The notes below the pieces were generated by a model. That model was given only the letters and a program-made list of their open reading frames with translations. It searched no databases and was not told the origin of the DNA. A program made the translations under genes and the position numbers. This document shows, piece by piece, positions 30,939-40,068 of a stretch of DNA of 64,000 nt (its first letter is position 1; every line of letters starts with the position of its first letter). This DNA is from Flavobacteriaceae bacterium (GTDB lineage: Bacteria; Bacteroidota; Bacteroidia; Flavobacteriales; Flavobacteriaceae), in assembly GCA_036782715.1 (NCBI GenBank), contig DAIPYN010000001.1:54609-118608 (forward strand), given 5' to 3'.

Positions 30939-32246
30939 ATGTTTTTAGCAGCTATAGGAGGAACCGTTATCGTAACCGTAATTGCGTTTCTAGTTTTAAC
31001 GCTATTATTGGTTGGTTTATTGCTTTTTACTAAACAAAAGCTTTCACCATCGGGTCCTGTTACCATTACGATTAACGGAGAGCGTAAAGTCGAAGTACCT
31101 TCAGGTTCTTCATTGCTTTCAACTTTAGGAAATCAAAAGGTTTTCTTGCCATCGGCTTGTGGAGGTGGTGGAACTTGTATCCAGTGTGAGTGCCACGTAC
31201 TATCGGGTGGTGGAGAGGCACTACCTACTGAGACTCCGCACTTCTCTAAAAAGGAATTGCAGCATGGAGCTCGTCTAGCTTGCCAGGTTAAGGTGAAGCA
31301 GGATATGGAAATTGAAATTCCTGAAGAGGTATTTGGAATTAAGAAGTGGGAAGGAAAAGTAGTTCGTAATTACAACGTTGCTTCTTTCATCAAAGAATTT
31401 GTAGTTGAAATTCCAGAAGATATGAACTACAAGGCAGGTGGATATATTCAAATTGAAATTCCTGCTTGTGAAGTGAAGTATAGCGATATCGACATCACTG
31501 CTCACCCTGAAGAGCATGATGATCCTGAAAAGTTTAGAGCTGAGTGGGATAAGTTTAATCTTTGGCCACTGGTAATGAAGAACCCTGAGAATGTGGAGCG
31601 CGCTTATTCGATGGCTTCTTTCCCTGCGGAAGGAAGGGAGATTATGCTTAACGTTCGTATTGCTACTCCACCATGGGATCGCAATAAAAATGGATGGGCT
31701 GATGTTAATCCTGGTGTGGCTTCATCGTATATTTTTGGATTAAAAGCGGGCGACCCTGTAACCATCTCAGGACCTTTCGGTGAATTCTTTATCAACGAGT
31801 CTGAAGCCGAGATGTTATACGTTGGTGGTGGAGCTGGTATGGCACCGATGCGTTCGCACCTTTATCACTTATTTAAAACACTTCGTACGAATCGTAAAGT
31901 TACTTATTGGTACGGAGGTCGCTCGAAGCGCGAGCTTTTCTACATCGACCATTTTAAACAGTTAGAAAAAGAGTTCCCTAACTTCAAATTTTACATGGCG
32001 CTTTCTGAGCCACTAGAAGAAGATAACTGGAAGGTTAAAAAGGATATTAATGATGAGTCTGGTGACGGTTTTGTTGGTTTCATTCACAATTGTGTAATCG
32101 ACCAATATTTGAGTCAGCATGAAACTCCTGAAGATATTGAACTTTATTTCTGTGGACCACCACTTATGAATAAGGCAGTAACGAAGATGGGACAAGATTT
32201 TGGTATTCCTGATGAGAATATTCGCTTCGACGACTTCGGAGGATAA
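30939..32246 (+). CDS. nqrF: Na+-NQR subunit F
   Basis: N-terminal TM, 2Fe-2S ferredoxin motif CGGGGTCIQCEC, FAD motif RAYSMAS, NADH-binding GGGAGMAPM. Confidence 0.95.
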   Translation: MFLAAIGGTVIVTVIAFLVLTLLLVGLLLFTKQKLSPSGPVTITINGERKVEVPSGSSLLSTLGNQKVFLPSACGGGGTCIQCECHVLSGGGEALPTETPHFSKKELQHGARLACQVKVKQDMEIEIPEEVFGIKKWEGKVVRNYNVASFIKEFVVEIPEDMNYKAGGYIQIEIPACEVKYSDIDITAHPEEHDDPEKFRAEWDKFNLWPLVMKNPENVERAYSMASFPAEGREIMLNVRIATPPWDRNKNGWADVNPGVASSYIFGLKAGDPVTISGPFGEFFINESEAEMLYVGGGAGMAPMRSHLYHLFKTLRTNRKVTYWYGGRSKRELFYIDHFKQLEKEFPNFKFYMALSEPLEEDNWKVKKDINDESGDGFVGFIHNCVIDQYLSQHETPEDIELYFCGPPLMNKAVTKMGQDFGIPDENIRFDDFGG

Positions 32247-32253
32247 TATTAGC

Positions 32254-32283
32254 AAACCGACACCGAAACGTGTCGGTTTTTTT
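32254..32283 (+). terminator. Rho-independent terminator (or attenuator) directly after nqrF
   Basis: Stem AAACCGACAC/GTGTCGGTTT with a 6-nt loop, running into a 7-T tract. Starts 8 nt after the nqrF stop and ends 10 nt before the next ATG. Confidence 0.8.
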
Positions 32284-32292
32284 ACCGGTAAA

Positions 32293-32661
32293 ATGAGCAC
32301 ACTAAGTACCAACGAAATACATCAGATTGCCATGAACTTGGTTGGGTCCCAGTTAGAGGCGGCAGGCTATGAATTCTTAGGAGTTAATTCTAAGCCGGGT
32401 GTAGATCCTCAGTTTGTTTGTACTTTTAATAAGCAACTTCATTTTATTGTCGTACGAGGATGTCTTTACCCTGCTGATCCTCTTTCTCCTGATCGAGCAT
32501 TATTGAAGAAAGTTGCAGATCATGCAGAAAAATTTGAGGCCAAAGCTTATTGGGCCGGTGTTGGTGTATACCATCCTGAGGATCGAAAATTACCCGTTTC
32601 AAAATCAACAGGCTACGAGCTTGATTTTAAAGGATTATATCTAGCCGAAGAAGTCTCATGA
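32293..32661 (+). CDS. Hypothetical soluble 122-aa protein between nqrF and apbE
   Basis: ATG at 32293 (MSTLSTNEIHQ...). Stop overlaps the apbE ATG (ATGA). No TM segment and no motif I recognise. The ORF-track start at 32200 would overlap nqrF and the terminator. Confidence 0.6.
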   Translation: MSTLSTNEIHQIAMNLVGSQLEAAGYEFLGVNSKPGVDPQFVCTFNKQLHFIVVRGCLYPADPLSPDRALLKKVADHAEKFEAKAYWAGVGVYHPEDRKLPVSKSTGYELDFKGLYLAEEVS

Positions 32662-33644
32662 ATCGTCTATTTTTTCTCTTCATCCTTATTATCGCATCTT
32701 GTACCAATGCCCCTAGGCGCCAGCAGTACACTGGAGAGGCATTAGGTACCACTTACTCTATCATTGCCTATGGGAATAAAGATTTAGAGTTAGAGCAGTC
32801 GCTTTCTGAACTATTTGATCGACTGAATCAATCCATGTCTACGTATCACCCACAGTCAGATATAAGTAGAATTAACCGAGGAGAGCGGGTTCAAGTAGAT
32901 TCCTTATTTCGCTTTATGTTTGAGAAGTCTGCTCAAATTAACCGCTTGACTTCAGGTTATTTTGATCCTACCGTTGGTATACTGGTAGATGCCTGGGGAT
33001 TTGGAGCCGAATCTTTGAACGCTTTCAACGCAGTACAAGTAGATAGTTTGCTTGAGTTTGTTGGCTTTTCTAAACTTAGCCTAACGGATACAAATGAATT
33101 AGTTAAGGCTTACCCAGGTATTCGGATCGATTTCAACGCCATAGCTAAAGGGTACGCCTTAGACTTGATTGCTGATTTACTTATTGCCAAGAATAGTTCA
33201 AACTTTCTCATTGAGTTAGGTGGAGAGATTGTTACCCGTGGAATTAATTTGGATCGTGTTAAACCTTGGCGTGTAGGTATTGATGATCCCAAAGCTACCG
33301 CTGGAGAACGCTCGATTACAAGAACGATTACACTCACCGATGAAGCTATGGCTACTTCAGGGAATTATCGCAAATTTCGAATGGATTCGTTAACTGGAGA
33401 GCGTTACGTTCATACTATTAATCCTTTAACCGGCCTTGCGGTTCCTTCTTCAGTCTTATCATCTAGTGTAATTGCTTCAGATTGTGCTACTGCCGATGCC
33501 TTTGCTACTGCATTTATGACCATGTCGTTAGAAGATTCGAAACGATTGATCGCGCAAGAAGGTTTGTCTGTTTTCTTAATTTACGCGGTTGAGGACCGTT
33601 TAGAGACTTATCAAACCGGCAAGTTTATTGAGGCTTCTGAATAA
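32658..33644 (+). CDS. apbE: FAD:protein FMN transferase (ApbE), lipoprotein
   Basis: Lipobox IIASC. ApbE motifs (GEALGTTYSI, FDPTVG, AMATSGNYRKF). Linked to nqr, as known for Na+-NQR flavinylation. Confidence 0.92.
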   Translation: MNRLFFLFILIIASCTNAPRRQQYTGEALGTTYSIIAYGNKDLELEQSLSELFDRLNQSMSTYHPQSDISRINRGERVQVDSLFRFMFEKSAQINRLTSGYFDPTVGILVDAWGFGAESLNAFNAVQVDSLLEFVGFSKLSLTDTNELVKAYPGIRIDFNAIAKGYALDLIADLLIAKNSSNFLIELGGEIVTRGINLDRVKPWRVGIDDPKATAGERSITRTITLTDEAMATSGNYRKFRMDSLTGERYVHTINPLTGLAVPSSVLSSSVIASDCATADAFATAFMTMSLEDSKRLIAQEGLSVFLIYAVEDRLETYQTGKFIEASE

Positions 33645-34401
33645 CCGGGATGATTTCATTGACATCTAAGCCGTAACGATTGATTTCTTCTTTAGAGAAG
33701 TATTCATTTACGTTTACTTTTTGAGTGGTAAAGCCTACACTTTCTAATCGTGTAAAGTAGTCCTCTCTACCATACCACCTCACGTGATCGTACTGTCCGA
33801 AGTGTTTTACCCGTTCCTCGGCGGTTTTAATATTGAAATCTTCGTAGGTTTTAAGCCGATTTGGCTGCATGGGTACTTGAACGATTCCGTATCCGCCAGG
33901 TTTTATTACGCGAAATAGTTCTTTCATGGCTAGGTGGTCATTTTCAATATGTTCAAGCACATGATTACAAAGGATACAATCAAAAATGTTTTCTTTGAAC
34001 GGGAGCTTTGTGATATCACCATGAACCTCGGCAAGCGGAGAATTTAAGTCGAAGGTGGTGTAATTAAGATTCTCTTTCTTTTTGAAAATAGGATAAAAGC
34101 ACTGTTCGGGGGCAATATGCAGTAATTCAATTTTAGCGGAGTTCTGCAGTAATTCAGTCTCTTTTTTAAGATATAACCAAAGTGATCGATGTCTTTCGAG
34201 GGACAGGGTAGAAGGGGAGAGCACTCCTTTTCTAAGTTGTTTGTATCCATAAGGGAGAAAGCTTCTAAAGCTTCTCTGATCGATGGGATCGGTTACTTGA
34301 TCACCTTTGTAAAACCAAATAAGTAGTGGTCTTATGAAATAGCTTAAGCGTATGAGCCATGGACGCGGTACACTATTTAAGATAAGTTTGGTGACACTCA
34401 T
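33625..34401 (-). CDS. Class I SAM-dependent methyltransferase
   Basis: Methyltransf_11-type core (FDCILCNHVLEHIEND...LKPGGYGIV); substrate unknown. Confidence 0.75.
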   Translation of the reverse strand: MSVTKLILNSVPRPWLIRLSYFIRPLLIWFYKGDQVTDPIDQRSFRSFLPYGYKQLRKGVLSPSTLSLERHRSLWLYLKKETELLQNSAKIELLHIAPEQCFYPIFKKKENLNYTTFDLNSPLAEVHGDITKLPFKENIFDCILCNHVLEHIENDHLAMKELFRVIKPGGYGIVQVPMQPNRLKTYEDFNIKTAEERVKHFGQYDHVRWYGREDYFTRLESVGFTTQKVNVNEYFSKEEINRYGLDVNEIIPVIQKPQ

Positions 34402-35204
34402 TTAAAGGGAACTTCCTCTTCGGTTTCAATGCCTAGGGCATCGTAGATGTATTGAAAGGTTGAAAGTAACTTTGGTTTGCCGGCTACAATTGCAATATTG
34501 TGTTCAAAATGAGCGCTTGGTTTGCCATCGGCTGTCTTGATCGTCCAACCGTCTCTTCCTTGTATGACGCGATGCGTGCCCATGTTTATCATGGGTTCGA
34601 TCGCAACCACAAGGCCTTCTTTGAATACCTTTCCTCTACCGCGTTTACCATAGTTTGGCATTTCAGGGCCTTCATGTAAACTGTTTCCTAAACCATGTCC
34701 TACAAGCTCGCGAACGATTCCATAGCCCTGGGTTTCATTATACTTTTGAATTGCAAAACCAACATCTCCAACGCGATTGCCCGCTTTGAATTCTTCAATT
34801 CCAATGTACAGTGATTCTTTTGCTGTTTTTAATAGCGCTTTCGTCTCTTCTGCCACTTCACCTACTTCGAAAGTATAAGCGTGATCACCGTAAAAGCCAT
34901 TCATAAATACGCCGCAGTCAATAGAGATAATATCTCCATCTTTGAGCGGGGTTTGGTCTGGTATACCGTGTACCACTTGCTCATTTGGGCTCCAGTTTAA
35001 GGTATTTGGAAAGTCGTACATCCCTAAGAATCCAGGGGCACCACCATGATCTCGAATGAACTCCTCTGCTAACTTATCTAATTCGAGGGGCTTTGCTCCT
35101 GGCTTCACCTCCTTAGCGAGCATTCCCAATGTTTTAGAAACAAGTTGGGCACTCTCGCGCATTAATTCGATTTCTTCTGGTGTCTTAAGTATAATTGCAC
35201 CCAT
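34398..35204 (-). CDS. map: Type I methionine aminopeptidase
   Basis: Metal-ligand context (DIISIDCGV, GHGLG, AIEPM, FEHN); 268 aa. Confidence 0.95.
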   Translation of the reverse strand: MGAIILKTPEEIELMRESAQLVSKTLGMLAKEVKPGAKPLELDKLAEEFIRDHGGAPGFLGMYDFPNTLNWSPNEQVVHGIPDQTPLKDGDIISIDCGVFMNGFYGDHAYTFEVGEVAEETKALLKTAKESLYIGIEEFKAGNRVGDVGFAIQKYNETQGYGIVRELVGHGLGNSLHEGPEMPNYGKRGRGKVFKEGLVVAIEPMINMGTHRVIQGRDGWTIKTADGKPSAHFEHNIAIVAGKPKLLSTFQYIYDALGIETEEEVPFK

Positions 35205-36725
35205 TTAAACTAGCGGTTTTTGGGTCATTGATGCAGGTTGATTAATTCCCATTAATTTAAGGATAGTCGGTGCGATATCTCCAAGCACTCCGTCTTTTAC
35301 TTCTTTTAGCTCCTTATCAACTAAAATAAGTGGAACAGGATTAGTCGTATGCGCAGTATTTGGTGAACCATCTTCATTAATCATGGTATCACAATTACCG
35401 TGATCCGCAATAACTAGTATAGTATAATCTTGATTCAGTGCTTCAGTAATTAAGGTTTCAACACAACTATCGACGGTTTCACAGGCTTTAATCGCCGCAT
35501 TCATATCACCGGTATGTCCTACCATATCTGGATTGGCAAAGTTGAGACAGATAAAATCAAATGTACCCTTTGCTAAATGGGGCTTCAATGCATCTCTAAT
35601 CTCAAAGGCGCTCATTTCGGGTTGAAGATCGTAGGTGGCTACCTTGGGTGATGGACAAAGAATACGTTCTTCTCCTTCGAATGGGGCTTCTTTACCACCG
35701 TTAAAGAAGAAGGTAACGTGCGGATATTTTTCTGTCTCTGCAATTCGTAGTTGGGTCTTTTGAGCTTTTGAAACTACTTCGCCTAACGTCTCATTTAAAT
35801 TGTCTTTGTCAAATACGATACTGACATTTTTAAAGTTGTCGTCATATCGGGTCATGGTTACAAAATGCAACTTAAGGGGTTGCATTTCTTGCTCAGGAAA
35901 TGCAGTTTGTGATAAGGCTTGTGAGAGTTCCCTACCACGATCTGTTCTGAAATTAAAGAATAGGACAACGTCTTTTTCTTGAATGCTTCCGATAGCAGAT
36001 CCCTGTTGATCTACCTTGATTATTGGCATGATAAACTCGTCTGTAACGCCATTTTCGTAAGAAGCTTCCATTTCGCTAACGATATCCTTGGTTTGGTTTC
36101 CTTGTGCTTTGACGATAGCGTCGTAGGCAATTTTCACACGCTCCCAACGTTGGTCGCGATCCATGGCGTAATAGCGTCCTGTAACTGAGGCTAAAACGGC
36201 CTTTTTATTTGCGATATAATCTTCTAAGTTTTTAATATAACCCGCACCACTTTTTGGATCCACATCTCTTCCGTCTGAAAAGGCGTGAATAAAGGTGTTC
36301 GAATGCTCGTTGCTCGCCTCAAAGAAGTCGATGAGTGCTCTCAAATGACTCGTGTGCGCATGAACGCCACCATCGCTACATAGACCTAAAAGGTGGACAT
36401 TTACACCTTCTTTGTTTGCGTAGTCTAGTGCACTTTGAAGTACTTCGTTCTGGGCAAAGCTTCCTTCATCAACCGCCTTGTTAATCTTCGCAAAATCTTG
36501 ATAAACAATTCTTCCTGCACCGAGGTTCATGTGTCCCACTTCGCTATTACCCATTTGCCCGTCAGGTAGACCAACATGCATACCATAGGTTTTCAGAGTG
36601 GCATGAGGATAATTTTGATATAGGCTATCTATAAACGGAGTATTGGCTTGTTCAATGGCAGAGATCTTTGGATCAGGAGACATCCCCCATCCATCTAAGA
36701 TCATTAGAAGCGCCTTTTTGTTCAT
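35205..36725 (-). CDS. gpmI: 2,3-bisphosphoglycerate-independent phosphoglycerate mutase
   Basis: LLMILDGWG, NSEVGHMNLGAGR, ADHGN; 506 aa. Confidence 0.95.
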   Translation of the reverse strand: MNKKALLMILDGWGMSPDPKISAIEQANTPFIDSLYQNYPHATLKTYGMHVGLPDGQMGNSEVGHMNLGAGRIVYQDFAKINKAVDEGSFAQNEVLQSALDYANKEGVNVHLLGLCSDGGVHAHTSHLRALIDFFEASNEHSNTFIHAFSDGRDVDPKSGAGYIKNLEDYIANKKAVLASVTGRYYAMDRDQRWERVKIAYDAIVKAQGNQTKDIVSEMEASYENGVTDEFIMPIIKVDQQGSAIGSIQEKDVVLFFNFRTDRGRELSQALSQTAFPEQEMQPLKLHFVTMTRYDDNFKNVSIVFDKDNLNETLGEVVSKAQKTQLRIAETEKYPHVTFFFNGGKEAPFEGEERILCPSPKVATYDLQPEMSAFEIRDALKPHLAKGTFDFICLNFANPDMVGHTGDMNAAIKACETVDSCVETLITEALNQDYTILVIADHGNCDTMINEDGSPNTAHTTNPVPLILVDKELKEVKDGVLGDIAPTILKLMGINQPASMTQKPLV

Positions 36726-36763
36726 GGTATTCGTTTTTGGTTGAGGTTACAAAGTTACGATTT

Positions 36764-37522
36764 CTAAGGTAGAAGAAGCGGATTGATATCTAGAAGCTGC
36801 TCCCTCAGATAGGAAGTTTTCAGACTTGAGTTTATTACTTCGATACCTTTTACTTGTTGTTTCAAAGCGATTTCGTATACCTCTTTCTTGATATAACGTT
36901 TTAGAATAGAAATAGATTCGGGTGCATAAGATAAATGCCAAGGTTCGTACTTAAATCCTTTACGCTCTGGGTGATTGGTATAGACCAAATAGAATCCGTA
37001 GTTAGCTGCGTTATCAGTCAACCAGTGATGTAGGTTTTCGAAGGCTCCTCCACTGTTAAAATGCTCTTCAAGCAAAACATCGCCTTCCATTTTTATTTTG
37101 CCCTGTATAACGTCAATATCGGTTCCCCAATGATGTCTTGAGGTTCCTGGAATGGTTGAATATTCAATAATTTTATTAACCGATTCTATCGGCGACAGAC
37201 CTTCAGTTTGAAATCTATTGAATTTACTCTCGAAGATGGCCTTTTGTCTTGAATAAGATCTAAAACTGGAGACAGGGCTGATCACAATTCCATCCTCCCA
37301 TGCGGCCACTCGCATTTTATTAAAAGCTTTGAATGTTTTTCTAGTTAAGACAAGTGGGTCTTCCCCTTTCAAAGAAGCCCGATTCATTCCCATCAATCGG
37401 TTAACGCTCCAGAAAAAAGGATTTTCTGAGTCGATTAATGAGTCTTTTGCCCAGCTAGGTAAGCATCCGGCCGCTAGGGCAGTAGTAGCGCTTTGTTTTA
37501 AAAATACTCTTCGATTAATCAT
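36764..37522 (-). CDS. M15-family (VanY-like) D-Ala-D-Ala carboxypeptidase with Tat-type signal
   Basis: Twin-arginine start MINRRVFLKQSATTALAAG. Zinc motifs SRHHWGTDIDV and EPWH. Confidence 0.8.
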   Translation of the reverse strand: MINRRVFLKQSATTALAAGCLPSWAKDSLIDSENPFFWSVNRLMGMNRASLKGEDPLVLTRKTFKAFNKMRVAAWEDGIVISPVSSFRSYSRQKAIFESKFNRFQTEGLSPIESVNKIIEYSTIPGTSRHHWGTDIDVIQGKIKMEGDVLLEEHFNSGGAFENLHHWLTDNAANYGFYLVYTNHPERKGFKYEPWHLSYAPESISILKRYIKKEVYEIALKQQVKGIEVINSSLKTSYLREQLLDINPLLLP

Positions 37523-37956
37523 AAGATCTCTTTCAACATTTTATAGTGCGGACCAACACCTTCAATTTCGAATTCATTTCCTAGTGCCTGGTATCCGTAT
37601 TTATGATAAAAACCAACCGCAGAGGTTCGTGCATTAAACCACAAAACTTTTTGGCCTAGTTCGATTAGTTTAGATTCGGCTGCGAGAAGTAATTTTTGTC
37701 CGATTCCACTTCCCTGGTAATCTTCTAAAACTGCCATTCCTCTGAGTTGATAATAGCTGTCTTTAATCATAGATTGCGGGTTAACCGTTAGGGTACAACA
37801 TCCAATAATGTGATCACTATCTAAAGCAGCAAAATGAATGCTTTCAGCATCATTGTCTCCGCTAAAGTGACAGTCTTCTAGGGTCATCCCTTTGCGTAAG
37901 ATGTCTAAACGAACCTTTAAAATTTCCGAGGCTTCGGTGGTTTTTATGGATAGCAT
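37519..37956 (-). CDS. GNAT-family N-acetyltransferase
   Basis: Acetyl-CoA motif QLRGMAVLEDYQGSGIGQKLL. Start is uncertain (ATG at 37956 or 38001). Stop overlaps the M15 peptidase ATG. Confidence 0.8.
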   Translation of the reverse strand: MLSIKTTEASEILKVRLDILRKGMTLEDCHFSGDNDAESIHFAALDSDHIIGCCTLTVNPQSMIKDSYYQLRGMAVLEDYQGSGIGQKLLLAAESKLIELGQKVLWFNARTSAVGFYHKYGYQALGNEFEIEGVGPHYKMLKEIL

Positions 37957-37999
37957 TTCGACTGATTTTATAGTAAATTTAAACTTTAGAATAGTTAGC

Positions 38000-38743
38000 A
38001 TGCGGATAAAACTCTTTTTTGGCCTCTTTTTTACTTTCGGGTTACTTTTTGCTCAGCGATCGAAATCCCCCGAATTACATCTATTACGTGGCCAGGTTCT
38101 TTATAGAAATAGCTTCGTGCAAGATGAAGCTGTAGTGAATTCTACCCGTGACTTCAGCACGATAACCGATCAAAACGGTGCCTTTGAGATTTATGTAGCC
38201 GTAGGAGATGAATTGGTCTTTAAGGCCGTTAACTATCAATTAGAAGTCGTTAAAATCACGACAGATATCATTCAGAATAATCGCTTAGTAGTTGAAGTTA
38301 CTGAGCGAGTCAATGAGCTTGATGAGGTGGTTGTAGGTCCAGAAAATCAGCAGAAGTTTATTGAGCTGAAAAATGAAGAGTTTAAAGGGTACGATTATGG
38401 GATTGATCGATCTACCCCGGTTCAAAACACGGTATTGTCACCATCGGCTACGGGGATGCGAGACGGACTCAACTTTGTAGCCATGTATAAATTACTTAAA
38501 AGCTTGCTTTTTAGCACAGATCCTGAAAAGCCTTCAGTTCCCTTATCAAAGGCGCTTCGAACAGTCTATGAAGATGACTTCTTTCTCAATGACCTAGGGC
38601 TTGAACGATCTGAGATTGAACTTTTTCTTCAGTTTTGCGATGAAACCATCCCAGCTCGCGATCTACTTCGTAAAGAAAACGAATTCGAACTTATTGAATT
38701 TTTAGTGAATAGCTCTGCTGTCTTTAAAGAACAAAATCGTTGA
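38000..38743 (+). CDS. Secreted CarboxypepD_reg-like domain protein, paralog A
   Basis: Signal peptide MRIKLFFGLFFTFGLLFAQ. Beta-sandwich motif (TITDQNGAFEIYVAVGDELVF). C-terminal domain shared with the next gene (...FLQFCDE...EFL...FK). Confidence 0.7.
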   Translation: MRIKLFFGLFFTFGLLFAQRSKSPELHLLRGQVLYRNSFVQDEAVVNSTRDFSTITDQNGAFEIYVAVGDELVFKAVNYQLEVVKITTDIIQNNRLVVEVTERVNELDEVVVGPENQQKFIELKNEEFKGYDYGIDRSTPVQNTVLSPSATGMRDGLNFVAMYKLLKSLLFSTDPEKPSVPLSKALRTVYEDDFFLNDLGLERSEIELFLQFCDETIPARDLLRKENEFELIEFLVNSSAVFKEQNR

Positions 38744-39504
38744 GAGCACTCCTTTTACTGTTCTGTTTTCTGAGCACTGCTCTATTTGCTCAAGCCCAAA
38801 ATCGGCTTGTACAGATTAATGGAAAGATCAAAGCAGATTCAGATGATATAGAATCGGTTACCGTGCAAAATCTTCGTTCGGGAGCAGCTACCATAACCGA
38901 TTCAAATGGGCGCTTTCAAATACAGGTGCAATTGGGAGATACCTTGGTTCTGTCAGCGGTTCAGTTTAAAACAAAACAGTTCGTTTACGATCAATCTTTT
39001 CGTGGAGTAACTTCTATTGAAATTCCTATGGACTCCTTTGTTAATAAATTGAAAGGGGTAACTCTACAGCCTTTTGGTTTAAGCGGGAGAATTAGTACGG
39101 ATTTAGACTCACTTGCCATTGAAGGTCCGCCAACAGCAACTTCTTTGGGATTGCCTAATGCTAATGTCTACATTCCTACGAAAAATGAACGAATGCTCTA
39201 CGAGGCTACCTCGGGAGGCGGATTGATTCCCCTTAATCCCTTGCTCAATGCACTAACAGGAAGAACCAAAGAGCTCAAAAATCAAGTTCGATTGGAGCGA
39301 AAGAACCAAACGTTGGAGCTCGTTATCAAACGCTATGAACAATTGCTATTTGAAGATCAGTTGGGAATCAAAAAAGACGACGTTCGTCGATTCTTATACT
39401 TTTGTGAGGCAGATTCTCTTTTTGTTTCAACACTCGAAAAGGAAGATGAGATTTTATTTTATGAATTTTTAAAGTCCAAAGCACTGCAGTTCAAATTATT
39501 ATGA
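38740..39504 (+). CDS. Secreted CarboxypepD_reg-like domain protein, paralog B
   Basis: TTG start overlapping the upstream stop (TTGA). Signal peptide. TITDSNGRFQIQVQLGDTLVL. C-terminal ...FLYFCEA...EFL...FK aligns with paralog A. Confidence 0.7.
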   Translation: MRALLLLFCFLSTALFAQAQNRLVQINGKIKADSDDIESVTVQNLRSGAATITDSNGRFQIQVQLGDTLVLSAVQFKTKQFVYDQSFRGVTSIEIPMDSFVNKLKGVTLQPFGLSGRISTDLDSLAIEGPPTATSLGLPNANVYIPTKNERMLYEATSGGGLIPLNPLLNALTGRTKELKNQVRLERKNQTLELVIKRYEQLLFEDQLGIKKDDVRRFLYFCEADSLFVSTLEKEDEILFYEFLKSKALQFKLL

Positions 39505-40007
39505 TGAAAACCTGGCTACTTTTTTTTCTCACGCTTTTTCCTATAACGAGTCTGCAACCGCTCGATCATAAATTCTATTTAAGTGTAACTCAAATGGAGT
39601 TCGATGCCGATAAGAATCGTATTACCGCAATAAGTAGGGTATTTGTTGACGATCTAGAAGAGACCTTGCGACAACGTTACGATGTTCAATTAGCGTTAGG
39701 TACCGATCGAGAAGATGAAAAGGCGTCTTTTTACATTCGTCGTTATGTGGAGCAAAAGCTTACTGTTGAAATAAACAACGTGCCGCTCGAATTTAGTTTT
39801 GCGGGTTTTACCTATCAAAACGATCAAATTGTTTTACTTTCAGAATTTAGCATTATTGATAGCGATGATTACGAAATCAAGGTGACTAACACGATTATAA
39901 CCGATGCTTATTCAGACCAACAGAATCTAGTTCATTTTCGGATGAATCAAAAAAAGCAAAGCGAAGTGTTGACCAAGGAACGGCCTTTCTTTGTTGTAGC
40001 ACTCTAG
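39501..40007 (+). CDS. DUF6702-like secreted protein
   Basis: ATG overlaps the upstream stop (ATGA). After the signal peptide it starts HKFYLSVTQMEF..., which matches my recollection of the DUF6702 family found next to M1 peptidases in Flavobacteriia. Confidence 0.6.
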   Translation: MMKTWLLFFLTLFPITSLQPLDHKFYLSVTQMEFDADKNRITAISRVFVDDLEETLRQRYDVQLALGTDREDEKASFYIRRYVEQKLTVEINNVPLEFSFAGFTYQNDQIVLLSEFSIIDSDDYEIKVTNTIITDAYSDQQNLVHFRMNQKKQSEVLTKERPFFVVAL

Positions 40008-40068
40008 AATTCTTTGTTTAAACTCAAGAAAAGGGCTAAATTAACCCTCTAAAAATTAACTCATTTTA

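Noticed and set aside
32200-32292. Upstream extension of the 122-aa ORF.
   Set aside because: It would overlap the nqrF 3' end and run through the terminator hairpin and T tract. The ATG at 32293 is the sensible start.
36747-36941. 64-aa minus-strand ORF.
   Set aside because: It is an alternative frame overlapping the 3' end of the M15 peptidase gene, whose frame carries the VanY zinc motifs.
37957-38003. Long GNAT start at 38001, sharing the palindrome GCATGC with the divergent ATG at 38000.
   Set aside because: It leaves no intergenic space for either promoter. The shorter start at 37956 is preferred, but the start remains uncertain.
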